A stretch of DNA of 64,000 nt. Origin: Actinomycetes bacterium (lineage in GTDB: Bacteria; Actinomycetota; Thermoleophilia; Gaiellales; F1-60-MAGs149). The position numbers and the translations under genes were made by a program. Shown one piece after another: positions 49,271-57,755 of the stretch. Each line of letters opens with the position of its first letter. Position 1 is the first letter of the stretch. The stretch spans positions 36,792 through 100,791 of the forward strand of contig JANYCN010000029.1 in assembly GCA_025360225.1 (NCBI GenBank), in the 5' to 3' direction. The notes under the pieces were generated by a model. The model searched no databases and was not told where the DNA came from. It saw only the letters and a list, made by a program, of their open reading frames with translations.

Positions 49271-49876
49271 GTGCAGCTCACCAAGCGCCAGCAGGAGATA
49301 CTCGAGGTCGTCCAGGCGCACGTTGCCCGGCACGGCTACCCGCCCACCGTCCGCGAGATCGGCGACGCCGTCGGTCTCACCTCGTCCTCCACCGTCCACG
49401 CCCACCTTCAGGCCCTCGAGGCGCGCGGTGCGCTCAGGCGGGATCCGGCAAAGCCACGGGCGATCGATCTCGGCGCTCGCCGAGCCGGCGCCAACGATGG
49501 TGTTCGCGTGCTCCCGCTTCTCGGGCAGATCGCAGCAGGCACACCGATTCTCGCCGACCAGAACGTCGTGGAGGAGATCGCGGTGCCGGCGATCCTGACC
49601 ACCTCGGGCGACTGCTTCCTGCTTCGCGTGCGCGGCGAGTCGATGGTCCGCGCCGGCATTCTCGACGGCGACTACGTCGTCATTCGCAAGCAGGACGACT
49701 GTGTCGATGGCGACATCGTCGCGGCGCTCTGCGACGGCGAGGAGGCGACCGTCAAGCGGCTCGACCACGTCGCCGGACGCGTGCGACTGATCCCCGAGAA
49801 CGACGCGATGGAGCCGTGGTTCCCGGACGAGGTGTCCGTCATGGGGAAGGTCGTCGGCGTCTTCCGGAGGCTCTAG
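49271..49876 (+). CDS. lexA: LexA repressor
   Basis: GTG 49271. LTKRQQEILEVVQAHVARHGYPPTVREIGDAVGLTSSSTVHAHLQALE winged HTH. Ala-Gly cleavage site in GQIAAGTP. S24 peptidase Ser/Lys (GESM ... VIRK). Confidence 0.94.
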   Translation: MQLTKRQQEILEVVQAHVARHGYPPTVREIGDAVGLTSSSTVHAHLQALEARGALRRDPAKPRAIDLGARRAGANDGVRVLPLLGQIAAGTPILADQNVVEEIAVPAILTTSGDCFLLRVRGESMVRAGILDGDYVVIRKQDDCVDGDIVAALCDGEEATVKRLDHVAGRVRLIPENDAMEPWFPDEVSVMGKVVGVFRRL

Positions 49877-49902
49877 TGGCGACGCTTCTCGCCGAGCCGA
49901 GG

Positions 49903-50139
49903 ATGGTGACGCTCGACGACCTGCTTGGCGCGGTCCTCGATCGGCTCGGCGATGGGCGCGGCGCCCCGTGCCTCGTCTGCGGCGAGCCCGCGTTCGCCAT
50001 CCACGCCCGCAGCGCGTCGGTCTCGCTCGCCTGTCGCTCTTGCGGGTCGGCGCTAGAGGAGCTCAAGCGCCACGGCGAGCTCACCACCCGTCGAGCGTCG
50101 CACGTCGTCGACGCTCGCCCCGTCGAGCAGTTCCGTTAG
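49903..50139 (+). CDS. Candidate small CxxC...CxxC zinc-ribbon protein downstream of lexA
   Basis: High GC3. CLVCGEP...CRSCGS. The GTG at 49876 overlaps the lexA stop. The last 87 nt overlap the scoB 3' end in antisense. Confidence 0.3.
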   Translation: MVTLDDLLGAVLDRLGDGRGAPCLVCGEPAFAIHARSASVSLACRSCGSALEELKRHGELTTRRASHVVDARPVEQFR

Positions 50140-50697
50140 GACCAGGCGACCTTCTCGGCGCCTGAACACCGCCTGCTCGGTGATCACGACGTCGACGGCA
50201 GCCGCCGCCGTGAGCGGGTAGGAGCACCGCGCGACGACCTTCGGCTCCCCGCTCGACGACAGCGCCGTCATCGTCACGATCACCCTGCGGGCGCCGACGA
50301 CGAGGTCCATCGCACCGCCGACGCCGAGCACATCCCTCCCCGGAACGGCCCAGTTCGCGATGTCCCCGGCGTGCGACACCTGGAGCGCGCCAAGGACCGC
50401 GACGTCGACGTGGCCGCCGCGGATCATCGCGAACGACTGCGCGCTGTCAAAGTACGACGCGCTCGCTAGCGCCGTCACGGGGCGCTTCGCGGCATCGATC
50501 AGATCAGCGTCGATCTCCCCGTCGACCGGGCGCGGCCCGACGCCGAGGATGCCGTTCTCGGAGTGCAAGAACACCTCGGTGTCGGTTCCGAGGTGGTCGG
50601 GGATCAACGTCGGGATGCCGATCCCGAGGTTGACGATCTCGCCGGCTCGCAGCTCGGCAGCGGCGCGCCGGGCGATCACGAGCCGCGCGTCAGCCAT
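50053..50697 (-). CDS. scoB: 3-oxoacid CoA-transferase subunit B
   Basis: Catalytic Glu context [10 protein letters not shown]. 214 aa. Confidence 0.92.
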   Translation of the reverse strand: MADARLVIARRAAAELRAGEIVNLGIGIPTLIPDHLGTDTEVFLHSENGILGVGPRPVDGEIDADLIDAAKRPVTALASASYFDSAQSFAMIRGGHVDVAVLGALQVSHAGDIANWAVPGRDVLGVGGAMDLVVGARRVIVTMTALSSSGEPKVVARCSYPLTAAAAVDVVITEQAVFRRREGRLVLTELLDGASVDDVRRSTGGELAVALELL

Positions 50698-51349
50698 CGC
50701 GCACCACGATCAGGTCAACGTACAGGTGCGGCGTGTGGATCGCCTCGGCATCGAGCGAGCCGACCGGCACGAGCGCCCCAACCTCGGCGATCGTGATCGT
50801 GGCGGCGGTCGCCATCAGCGGGTTGAAGTTGCGCGCCGTCTTGCGGTAGGAGAGGTTGCCAAGCTCGTCGGCGCGATCGGCGTACACGAGCGCCACGTCG
50901 CCGCGGATCGGGCGCTCCAACACCTGCAGGCGCCCATCGAGCTCCCGCTGCTCCTTCCCCGCCGCGAGCGCGGTGCCGGCCCCGACCGGCGTGTAGAAGC
51001 CGCCGAGGCCCGCGCCGCCAGCCCGGATCGCCTCAGCGAATGTTCCTTGTGGCAGCAACGTCGCAGTGATCGTACCGGAGTTAACCGCCGCGACCGCTTC
51101 CGGGTTCGAGGTGAAGTAGGAGGAGATCCCGTGGCGGATCCGACCCTGTCGGAGGAGCGCTCCAAGCCCTCGGCCGGGCTCGCCGATGTTGTTCGATACG
51201 ACCGTTAGGTCGCGCGCCGTAGAACGCTCGGCGAGCGCATCGAGGAGGGACATCGGCGCACCCACGAGCCCGAACCCGCCACAGAGGATCGTGTCGCCGT
51301 CGTGGACGTGGGAGAGCGCCTCGTCAAGGCTGACGACCCTGGCCGGCAC
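50690..51349 (-). CDS. scoA: 3-oxoacid CoA-transferase subunit A
   Basis: GTG 51349. ...[22 protein letters not shown]...VVSNN.... The ORF-track extension to 51985 (through the cupin gene and rnpB) was trimmed. Confidence 0.9.
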   Translation of the reverse strand: MPARVVSLDEALSHVHDGDTILCGGFGLVGAPMSLLDALAERSTARDLTVVSNNIGEPGRGLGALLRQGRIRHGISSYFTSNPEAVAAVNSGTITATLLPQGTFAEAIRAGGAGLGGFYTPVGAGTALAAGKEQRELDGRLQVLERPIRGDVALVYADRADELGNLSYRKTARNFNPLMATAATITIAEVGALVPVGSLDAEAIHTPHLYVDLIVVRDG

Positions 51350-51356
51350 CGCAGCG

Positions 51357-51725
51357 TCAGGCGCCCGTGCGACCCCAGATCCAGTACACCTTGCGCAACG
51401 GCTCGCGCAGGTTCCACTCGCCCTTCCAGCCGTCGAGCGACACGTACACGCTGCCTGGCGCGAGCTCGACGCTGTCGCCACCTTCACTGGTGAGCGTGCC
51501 GGAGCCGCGCACGACGACCATCGACTCGCTGTAGCCCGCACGCGCGCCGGGGAAACGCCCCGCGCTGCACTCCCAGACGCCGATCTCGATCTGGTCGTCG
51601 ACGTACAGCTGCATCGCCGACTCGTGTGGATCGCCCTCCGTCGCGCCCGCGCGCGGCGTCGGCGCGGGCAGCTCGACCGCGGTTGCCTGCTCGATGTAGC
51701 GCGTGAGGTCGGGTATCGATGCCAT
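51357..51725 (-). CDS. Cupin-domain protein (DUF861/EutQ-like)
   Basis: 122 aa. ...IGVWECSAGRF...SESMVVVRGSGTL...GSVYVSLDGWKGEWNL... is a cupin_3 pattern. Confidence 0.75.
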   Translation of the reverse strand: MASIPDLTRYIEQATAVELPAPTPRAGATEGDPHESAMQLYVDDQIEIGVWECSAGRFPGARAGYSESMVVVRGSGTLTSEGGDSVELAPGSVYVSLDGWKGEWNLREPLRKVYWIWGRTGA

Positions 51726-51761
51726 GCGTGGAGGGTACTACGTCGGCGGAGCGGGAGCATG

Positions 51762-51791
51762 GGAGGATCCCCACCAGGGTGGGGATCCTCC
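51762..51791 (-). terminator. Perfect 12-bp hairpin directly 3' of RNase P RNA
   Basis: GGAGGATCCCCA-N6-TGGGGATCCTCC, read directly. No U-tract. Confidence 0.4.
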
Positions 51792-52130
<339 letters not shown>

Positions 52131-52162
52131 CGCGCATCGTAGCGCCGCGTACGATGCCCCGC

Positions 52163-52855
52163 ATGGGAACACTTGACGGACAGGTCGCGCTCGTCACCGG
52201 CACGAGCCGCGGGATCGGTCCGGCGATCGCCGCCGCTCTCGCCGCAGAGGGAGCGCACGTCCTCTGTCACGCCCGCACGGCGGATGCCGCCCGCCGGGCC
52301 GCGGCAGCGGTGAACGGGTCGGCGGTCGCCGGCGACCTCGCGGTGAGCGAGGGCGTGATCGCTGTCGCGCGACAGGTCGCCGCGCTCGCTCCGGCGCTGC
52401 ACGTGCTGGTGCACAACGCAGGCGTCCTGCGTCGAGGCAGCGCGGCTGACACGACGCGCGAGGACGTGAAGGCCTGTCTCGACGTGAACGTGCTCGCGCC
52501 GATCGAGCTGACGCGGGAGCTGCTTGGGCCCTTGCGCGCGGCCGGCCACGCACGCGTCGTCGTCGTCTCTTCGACGATGGGCCAGCTCTCCTCAGGGATG
52601 GGCGGTGGCTCGCTGCCCTACCGCGTCTCCAAGGCCGCGGTGAACGCCTTCGTCGCAAACACCGCCACCGAGCTCGCCCCTGCGGGGATCATCGTCAATG
52701 CCATGCATCCCGGCTGGGTGCGCACCGACATGGGTGGCGCCGGGGCGACGGTGACCCCCGAGCAGGCAGCGCGAACAGCCCTGTACCTCGCGGCGCTACC
52801 GCCAGGCGGTCAGACGGGCCTCTTCTTCCGGGACTGCGAGCAGATCGCATGGTGA
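52163..52855 (+). CDS. Short-chain dehydrogenase/reductase (SDR)
   Basis: VTGTSRGIG cofactor motif and the YRVSKAA catalytic motif. An alternative ATG is at 52154. The ORF-track N-terminus overlaps rnpB and was trimmed. Confidence 0.88.
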   Translation: MGTLDGQVALVTGTSRGIGPAIAAALAAEGAHVLCHARTADAARRAAAAVNGSAVAGDLAVSEGVIAVARQVAALAPALHVLVHNAGVLRRGSAADTTREDVKACLDVNVLAPIELTRELLGPLRAAGHARVVVVSSTMGQLSSGMGGGSLPYRVSKAAVNAFVANTATELAPAGIIVNAMHPGWVRTDMGGAGATVTPEQAARTALYLAALPPGGQTGLFFRDCEQIAW

Positions 52856-54555
52856 CGGGCATCGAGTCGTACCTGCGCATCCGCAGCGCCCACACGCCGC
52901 GCTGGCTTGACGACGGGGCGCGGATCGCCTTCATCGGTGATCAGACGGGGACGCCGCAGGCCTACGCGATGCCGGCCGACGGCGGCTGGCCCGAGCTGCT
53001 CACGCACACCAGCGAGCGGGCCTCGTCGATCCTGACGAGGGGGTCGACCGTCGTTTTCACCCGCGACGTCGGCGGGAACGAGCGCGGTCGCATCTGGACC
53101 GCCGATCCGGAACGCGCGCTAGCGGACGCAGACGCGATCCACGAGCTCGGCGCCTTCTCACCGGACGCGACCTCCGTCGCCTTCACCCACACGGCCCGAA
53201 ACGGCGTCGACTTCGACCTCGCCGTCGTCACCGTTGCGAGCGGCGAACGGCGTGAGATCGCGATGCTGGTTGGCTGGCACAGCGTGCTCGACTGGGGCTC
53301 GCGCGGCGTGCTCGTGGCGCGTGCGCGGTCGAACGTCGACCACGACCTGCTGCTCGTTGATCCGGAGAGCGGAGCGGTCGAGCTGCTCACCGCGCACGAC
53401 CTGCCCGAGCAGTGGCTTCCCGCGGTGTTGGACACGGATGGCTCGGTCCTCGCCGCGACGGATCGTGCCACCGAGCACGCGCGGCTCGTGCGTCTCGCGG
53501 TGGACGGTGGACTGACGGCGATGACCGCGGACGACGCCGACGTTGAGGCGATCGCGGTCACCTCCGGTCGCCTCGCGTACGTCCGCAACGTCGGTGGCGT
53601 CTCCGAGCTGACGGTTGACGGAGCGGTCGTCGGCATCCCGGCTGGCGTGATCGGCTCGCTCGCGTTCTCGCCGGATGGTGGCCGGCTGGCGTTCGATCTG
53701 ACGACGCCCGACGCGCCGTTTGACGTGTACGTGCTCGGTGGCGATGGCGTGTGCGCGGTCACGCGTGCTGACCTCGGCGGCGTCCGGCGCGCCGACCTTG
53801 TCCGTCCGACGCTGGTCACCGTCGAGTCGTTTGACGGGCTTTCCGTGCCCTACCTTCTGTACGGGCCGACCGACGCACCGTCGCTCTGCTGGGTCCACGG
53901 TGGCCCCGAGTCGCAATCGCGCCCGGCGCTGAACGCCGTGGTCCAGTTCCTCGCGGCGCGTGGCATATCGGTCGCCGTGCCGAACGTCCGCGGCTCGACC
54001 GGCTACGGGAAGAGCTACACCGCGCTCGACGACGTCGCGTTGCGACCGCATAGCGTTGCCGACCTTGCCGCTCTCGGTCGCGAACTTGGGGCGACGCGTG
54101 GCGTGCCCGTCGGCGTCATGGGCGGCTCGTACGGCGGCTACATGACGCTCGCGGCGATCACCGAGTACCCGGAGCTCTGGAGCGCCGCCGTTGACATCGT
54201 CGGGATCGCGAACCTCGTGACCTTCCTCGAGCGGACGGGTGCGTACCGGCGCGCGCTGCGGGAGGCGGAGTACGGCTCCCTCGAGCGCGACCGTGACCTG
54301 CTCGTCGCGCTCTCGCCGATCCACAAGGTCGACCGCATCCGTACGCCGCTGATGGTGATCCACGGGGCGAACGATCCACGGGTGCCGATCAGTGAAGCAG
54401 AGCAGATCGTTGGCGCGATCGAGGCTCGAGGAGGGGACGTGACCTACCTTCGCTACGAGGATGAGGGACACGGTCTCGTGCGCCTCGCCAACCGCGTCGA
54501 CGCCTATCCGCAGGTCGCCGCCTTCCTCGAGCGCCACCTGCTTCACGCCGTCTGA
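52849..54555 (+). CDS. S9-family serine peptidase (prolyl oligopeptidase / acylaminoacyl-peptidase-like) with N-terminal beta-propeller
   Basis: Nucleophile elbow GGSYGGY, then IHGANDPRV (Asp) and DEGHG (His). 568 aa. Confidence 0.88.
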   Translation: MVTGIESYLRIRSAHTPRWLDDGARIAFIGDQTGTPQAYAMPADGGWPELLTHTSERASSILTRGSTVVFTRDVGGNERGRIWTADPERALADADAIHELGAFSPDATSVAFTHTARNGVDFDLAVVTVASGERREIAMLVGWHSVLDWGSRGVLVARARSNVDHDLLLVDPESGAVELLTAHDLPEQWLPAVLDTDGSVLAATDRATEHARLVRLAVDGGLTAMTADDADVEAIAVTSGRLAYVRNVGGVSELTVDGAVVGIPAGVIGSLAFSPDGGRLAFDLTTPDAPFDVYVLGGDGVCAVTRADLGGVRRADLVRPTLVTVESFDGLSVPYLLYGPTDAPSLCWVHGGPESQSRPALNAVVQFLAARGISVAVPNVRGSTGYGKSYTALDDVALRPHSVADLAALGRELGATRGVPVGVMGGSYGGYMTLAAITEYPELWSAAVDIVGIANLVTFLERTGAYRRALREAEYGSLERDRDLLVALSPIHKVDRIRTPLMVIHGANDPRVPISEAEQIVGAIEARGGDVTYLRYEDEGHGLVRLANRVDAYPQVAAFLERHLLHAV

Positions 54556-54583
54556 TCACGCCATTTCGCCATCACACCACCAG
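54556..54583. repeat. Solo MITE terminal repeat (right-end type)
   Basis: TCACGCCATTTCGCCATCACACCACCAG compared with the copy A end CATGCCATTTGACAATCACACCACCAG and the copy B end CACGCCATTTCACAATCAGACCACTAG. It starts 1 nt after the peptidase stop. Confidence 0.6.
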
Positions 54584-54856
54584 CCGACGGCCCGGGCCGG
54601 GTTGCCGTGGCGTCTCGCCGGTGTCGCGGCCGGCATGGGGGAGTGAGACGCACGGTCAGCCCGGCCCGTTGGTTGGCCGTAGCCCCCCGCTTGAGGGTTG
54701 GCGCCGGAGAGGTGGCGCCTTGAGGAGATCCACACCGGAGTCTGCTAGAGGTTCCGGTAGATCGCGTCCCCCGGTGGGGTGAACCTTCCCGGTTCTGTGA
54801 CCGGACCGTGATCTTCGTGAGACGCACACGCTACACGTGCCCTTTACGGTTCTTCC

Positions 54857-55375
54857 ATGACCAACGCAGCCACCGTTCAAGGCCTCGCGCTCGCCGAGGC
54901 AGGCGTCATCCACCTGCACCGCGACCGCGTACGTCTTCGCGGCGTCAGCGTCGGTGGTGCGAACGTCGGGTCGATCGTTGACATCGTGCTGGACGCCGAC
55001 CGGCGTCGCGTCGCCGGGTTCGGCGTCCGGCTGACGAGCGGTGAGGCGCGGTTCGTGCCGCTCGGCGCCGTCGCCGCACTCGGCCCCTGCGGGATCGAGC
55101 TTGACTCACCGTTGCACCTCGTCGAGACGATCGCGTTCTACGCCGCGAGCGGCGCGCGGCTCTCGACGTTGCTCGGTGTTGGCGTTTCGTGCCGGCACAG
55201 CGTGCCGGTCGCGATCAGCGACGTCGTCGCTGACCTCGGCACGGGCGAGATCATCGCCGTCGAGCTCGCCGACGGTCGTACGCTCGTCCGCGAGGCGCTC
55301 GCTGAGGTCTCGGGCGGCTTCCGCGTCGCCTGCACGTGCGCCGAGCGAGATCCCGCTCGGCGCTTGATCGCCTAG
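54857..55375 (+). CDS. PRC-barrel domain protein
   Basis: Two PRC-like segments (...VGSIVDIVLDADRRRVAGFGV... and ...ISDVVADLGTGEIIAVEL...). The TAG stop is part of the CTAG at the MITE boundary. Confidence 0.65.
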   Translation: MTNAATVQGLALAEAGVIHLHRDRVRLRGVSVGGANVGSIVDIVLDADRRRVAGFGVRLTSGEARFVPLGAVAALGPCGIELDSPLHLVETIAFYAASGARLSTLLGVGVSCRHSVPVAISDVVADLGTGEIIAVELADGRTLVREALAEVSGGFRVACTCAERDPARRLIA

Positions 55376-55652
55376 TGGTCTGATTGTCAAATGGCATGGT
55401 CATCCGACTGCCTGGAGCGAGCGGGAGCGTTGCGCGTCGCGCAGGGCTTGCTGATCGCGGGCGTGCTGGATAGCACGCCCGCTCGCACGCGTGCCAAGGC
55501 GAAGGCCTTGACACGCTAAGTGCAAGCGGTGCGCGACGCTCCCGCGAAGCCCCACGGCCCGACGGCGGAGCACCCGACGGGTGACGCAGCCGACCAGCGC
55601 AGGACGATCCAGGCAGCCGAATGACCACGCCATTTCACAATCAGACCACTAG
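55372..55652. mobile_element. MITE copy B (281 bp including flanking CTAG on both sides), opposite orientation to copy A
   Basis: The ends CTAGTGGTCTGATTGTCAAATGGCATGGTCATCCGACTGCCTGG and CCAGGCAGCCGAATGACCACGCCATTTCACAATCAGACCACTAG are 40/44 complementary. The body matches copy A. Confidence 0.88.
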
Positions 55653-57322
55653 AACAGCCCGACGACCTTGCCGGTGTCGTCGATGTCCACGTTGAAGCCG
55701 GCGGGTGTCTTACCGAGGCCCGGCATCTGCATCATGTCGCCGCAGAGCGGCACCAGGAAACCGGCGCCGGTGTAGGCACGCACGTCACGCACCGGGATGC
55801 GGAACCCGCGCGGACGCCCCTTTGCCGTCGGATCGGACGAGAGCGAGAGGTGCGTCTTCGCCATGCAGATGGTGTAGTCGCCGAGGCCCTGGGCCTCGAA
55901 CTGCTTCAGCTTCTCGATCGCGAGGGGCGCGAAGTCGACGCCTTCGGCGCCGTAGATGCGGGTCGCGATCGCCTCGATCTTCTGCTTGAACGGCGCGTCG
56001 TCCGCGTAGAGGAAGCGGAAGCTCGACGCCCTGTCACATGCGGCGACGACTGCCTCGGCGAGCTCCGTCGCGCCGGCGCCGCCCTCGCCGAAGCCGTTGT
56101 GCACCGCAGCGAGCGCGCCAGCCTCCGTCGCGAGGCGCTTGACGAGCTCGACCTCCTCGTCGGAGTCCTCGGGTCGGCGGTTCACGGCGACGACCGGCTC
56201 GATGCCAAACTCGCGCACGTTCTCGACGTGCTTTGCCAGGTTCTCGCAGCCCAGCTCGATCAGGCGGAACGACTCTGCCATCGTCGCCGGCTTCTCGAGA
56301 CCGCCGCCGCCGTGCATCGTCAGCGCGCGTACCGTCGTGACGACGACGACGGCGTGCGGACGGAACCCGCCGGCACGGCAGACGATGTCCATGAACTTCT
56401 CCATGCCCATGTCCGACGCGAAGCCGGACTCGGTCACCAGGTAGTCACCGAGCTTCAGGCCGATGCGGTCGGCGACGATCGAGTTGTTGCCGTGCGCGAT
56501 GTTCGCGAACGGCGCACCGTGCATCAGGCACGGCTGTCCCTCGAGGGTCTGGATCAGGTTCGGCTTGATCGCGTCCTTCAGGAGGACCGTCATCGCGCCC
56601 GCGCAGCGGATCTCCTCGGCACGCACGGGGCGTCCGTCGTAGGTCTGGCCGATCGTGATCGCGCCAAGGCGACGGCGCAGGTCCTTCAGGTCGCTCGCGA
56701 GGGCGAGGATCGCCGTCACCTCGGAGGCGGCGGTGATGTCGAACCCGGTCTCGCGCGGGATACCGTTCGTCTTGCCGCCGAGGCCGGTGACGACGGTGCG
56801 CAGGTGGCGATCGTTCATGTCCTCGCAGCGGCGCCAGGAGACGGTCGACGGGTCGATCCCGAGGGTGTTTCCGTGGTAGATGTGCGCGTCGATGAACGCC
56901 GAGAGAAGGTTGTTCGCGGACGTGATCGCGTGCAGGTCGCCGGTGAAGTGGAGGTTCAGGTCCTCCATCGGCACGACCTGGGAGTAGCCTCCGCCGGCAG
57001 CGCCGCCCTTCACGCCGAAGATCGGGCCGAGAGAGGGCTCACGAAGGCAGAGGATCGGCGTCTTGCCGATCTTGCCAAGGCCCTGGACGAGCGACACGGA
57101 CGTCGTCGTCTTACCCTCACCCGCCGGGGTCGGCGTGATCGCCGTCACGTTGACGATACGCGCGTCCGGGCGATCCTGCAGCCGTTCGATCACGGACAGG
57201 TCGATCTTCGCCTTGAAGCGGCCGTAGAGCTCCACCTCCTCGTCCAGCAGACCGAGTCCGCTCGCGATCTCGGCGATCGGGCGCATCTTGTGGTCCTGGG
57301 CGATCTCAAGGCTCGACTTCAC
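55649..57322 (-). CDS. fhs: Formate--tetrahydrofolate ligase
   Basis: GTG 57322 lies 6 nt after GAAGGAG. P-loop TPAGEGKTT. 557 aa. The TAG stop lies in the CTAG at the MITE boundary. Confidence 0.94.
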   Translation of the reverse strand: MKSSLEIAQDHKMRPIAEIASGLGLLDEEVELYGRFKAKIDLSVIERLQDRPDARIVNVTAITPTPAGEGKTTTSVSLVQGLGKIGKTPILCLREPSLGPIFGVKGGAAGGGYSQVVPMEDLNLHFTGDLHAITSANNLLSAFIDAHIYHGNTLGIDPSTVSWRRCEDMNDRHLRTVVTGLGGKTNGIPRETGFDITAASEVTAILALASDLKDLRRRLGAITIGQTYDGRPVRAEEIRCAGAMTVLLKDAIKPNLIQTLEGQPCLMHGAPFANIAHGNNSIVADRIGLKLGDYLVTESGFASDMGMEKFMDIVCRAGGFRPHAVVVVTTVRALTMHGGGGLEKPATMAESFRLIELGCENLAKHVENVREFGIEPVVAVNRRPEDSDEEVELVKRLATEAGALAAVHNGFGEGGAGATELAEAVVAACDRASSFRFLYADDAPFKQKIEAIATRIYGAEGVDFAPLAIEKLKQFEAQGLGDYTICMAKTHLSLSSDPTAKGRPRGFRIPVRDVRAYTGAGFLVPLCGDMMQMPGLGKTPAGFNVDIDDTGKVVGLF

Positions 57323-57410
57323 GGGTGCTCCTTCTGCGAAACTCAGACACATGGATCGTACGCCCTCACGGCCCGTGAGCGGCACGGAGCAGCGGAACAC
57401 GTTGGCCGAC

Positions 57411-57440
57411 GCAATGTGTTCAGTGTGAACAGTGCATTGC
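57411..57440. promoter_or_regulatory. 30-nt palindrome GCAATG-TGTTCA-GTG-TGAACA-(GTG)-CATTGC in the fhs/sox divergent region
   Basis: Read directly. The inner TGTTCA-N3-TGAACA is perfect. The outer GCAATG/CATTGC arms are perfect, with a 3-nt offset. Confidence 0.45.
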
Positions 57441-57468
57441 GCCCACCGCGCGGTGTACCGTCCACGAT

Positions 57469-57747
57469 GTGAGCCATTTCTCCATACGCTGCCCCAACTG
57501 TGGGCCCCGGGCGTGTTCCGAGTTCAGCTACAACGGTGAGGTTCGTCCGCTCGCCGACCCCGACGCGTCGGAGGAGGCGGAGATCGCCCGCCTCTGGCTT
57601 CGGCGCAACGTCACCGGACTGCAGCGCGAGCGGTGGTTCCACGCCGCCGGTTGTCGGCGGTTCGTGACGATCACGCGCGACACGCGCACCAACCTCATCG
57701 TTGCCCAGCCCGGCGAGCCCGCCGGCGACGTCGCGAAGCACGCGTAG
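57469..57747 (+). CDS. soxD: Sarcosine oxidase delta subunit
   Basis: IRCPNCGPRACSEFSYNGE zinc motif and ...WFHAAGCRRF.... 92 aa. Confidence 0.88.
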   Translation: MSHFSIRCPNCGPRACSEFSYNGEVRPLADPDASEEAEIARLWLRRNVTGLQRERWFHAAGCRRFVTITRDTRTNLIVAQPGEPAGDVAKHA

Positions 57748-57755
57748 GAGCGTTC

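Noticed and set aside
54584-54856. Tested by eye for the ydaO (c-di-AMP) riboswitch, 6C RNA, SRP RNA, 6S RNA and tmRNA.
   Set aside because: Only fragmentary resemblances were found (GGGGTGAACC, ..CTTCGTGAGACGC, C-runs). The required P1 complementarity for ydaO is absent because the flanks are direct repeats, not inverted repeats. The SRP GGAAG/AGCA loops and tmRNA ends are missing. The region is kept as an unexplained finding rather than a named RNA.
57323-57468. A ZTP (pfl) or THF riboswitch upstream of fhs.
   Set aside because: No GGGTCGTGACTGGCG / CCGCCTGGGC (ZTP) or THF-type core is found on the fhs-sense strand. Only the palindrome and a short CTCAC/GTGAG hairpin are present.
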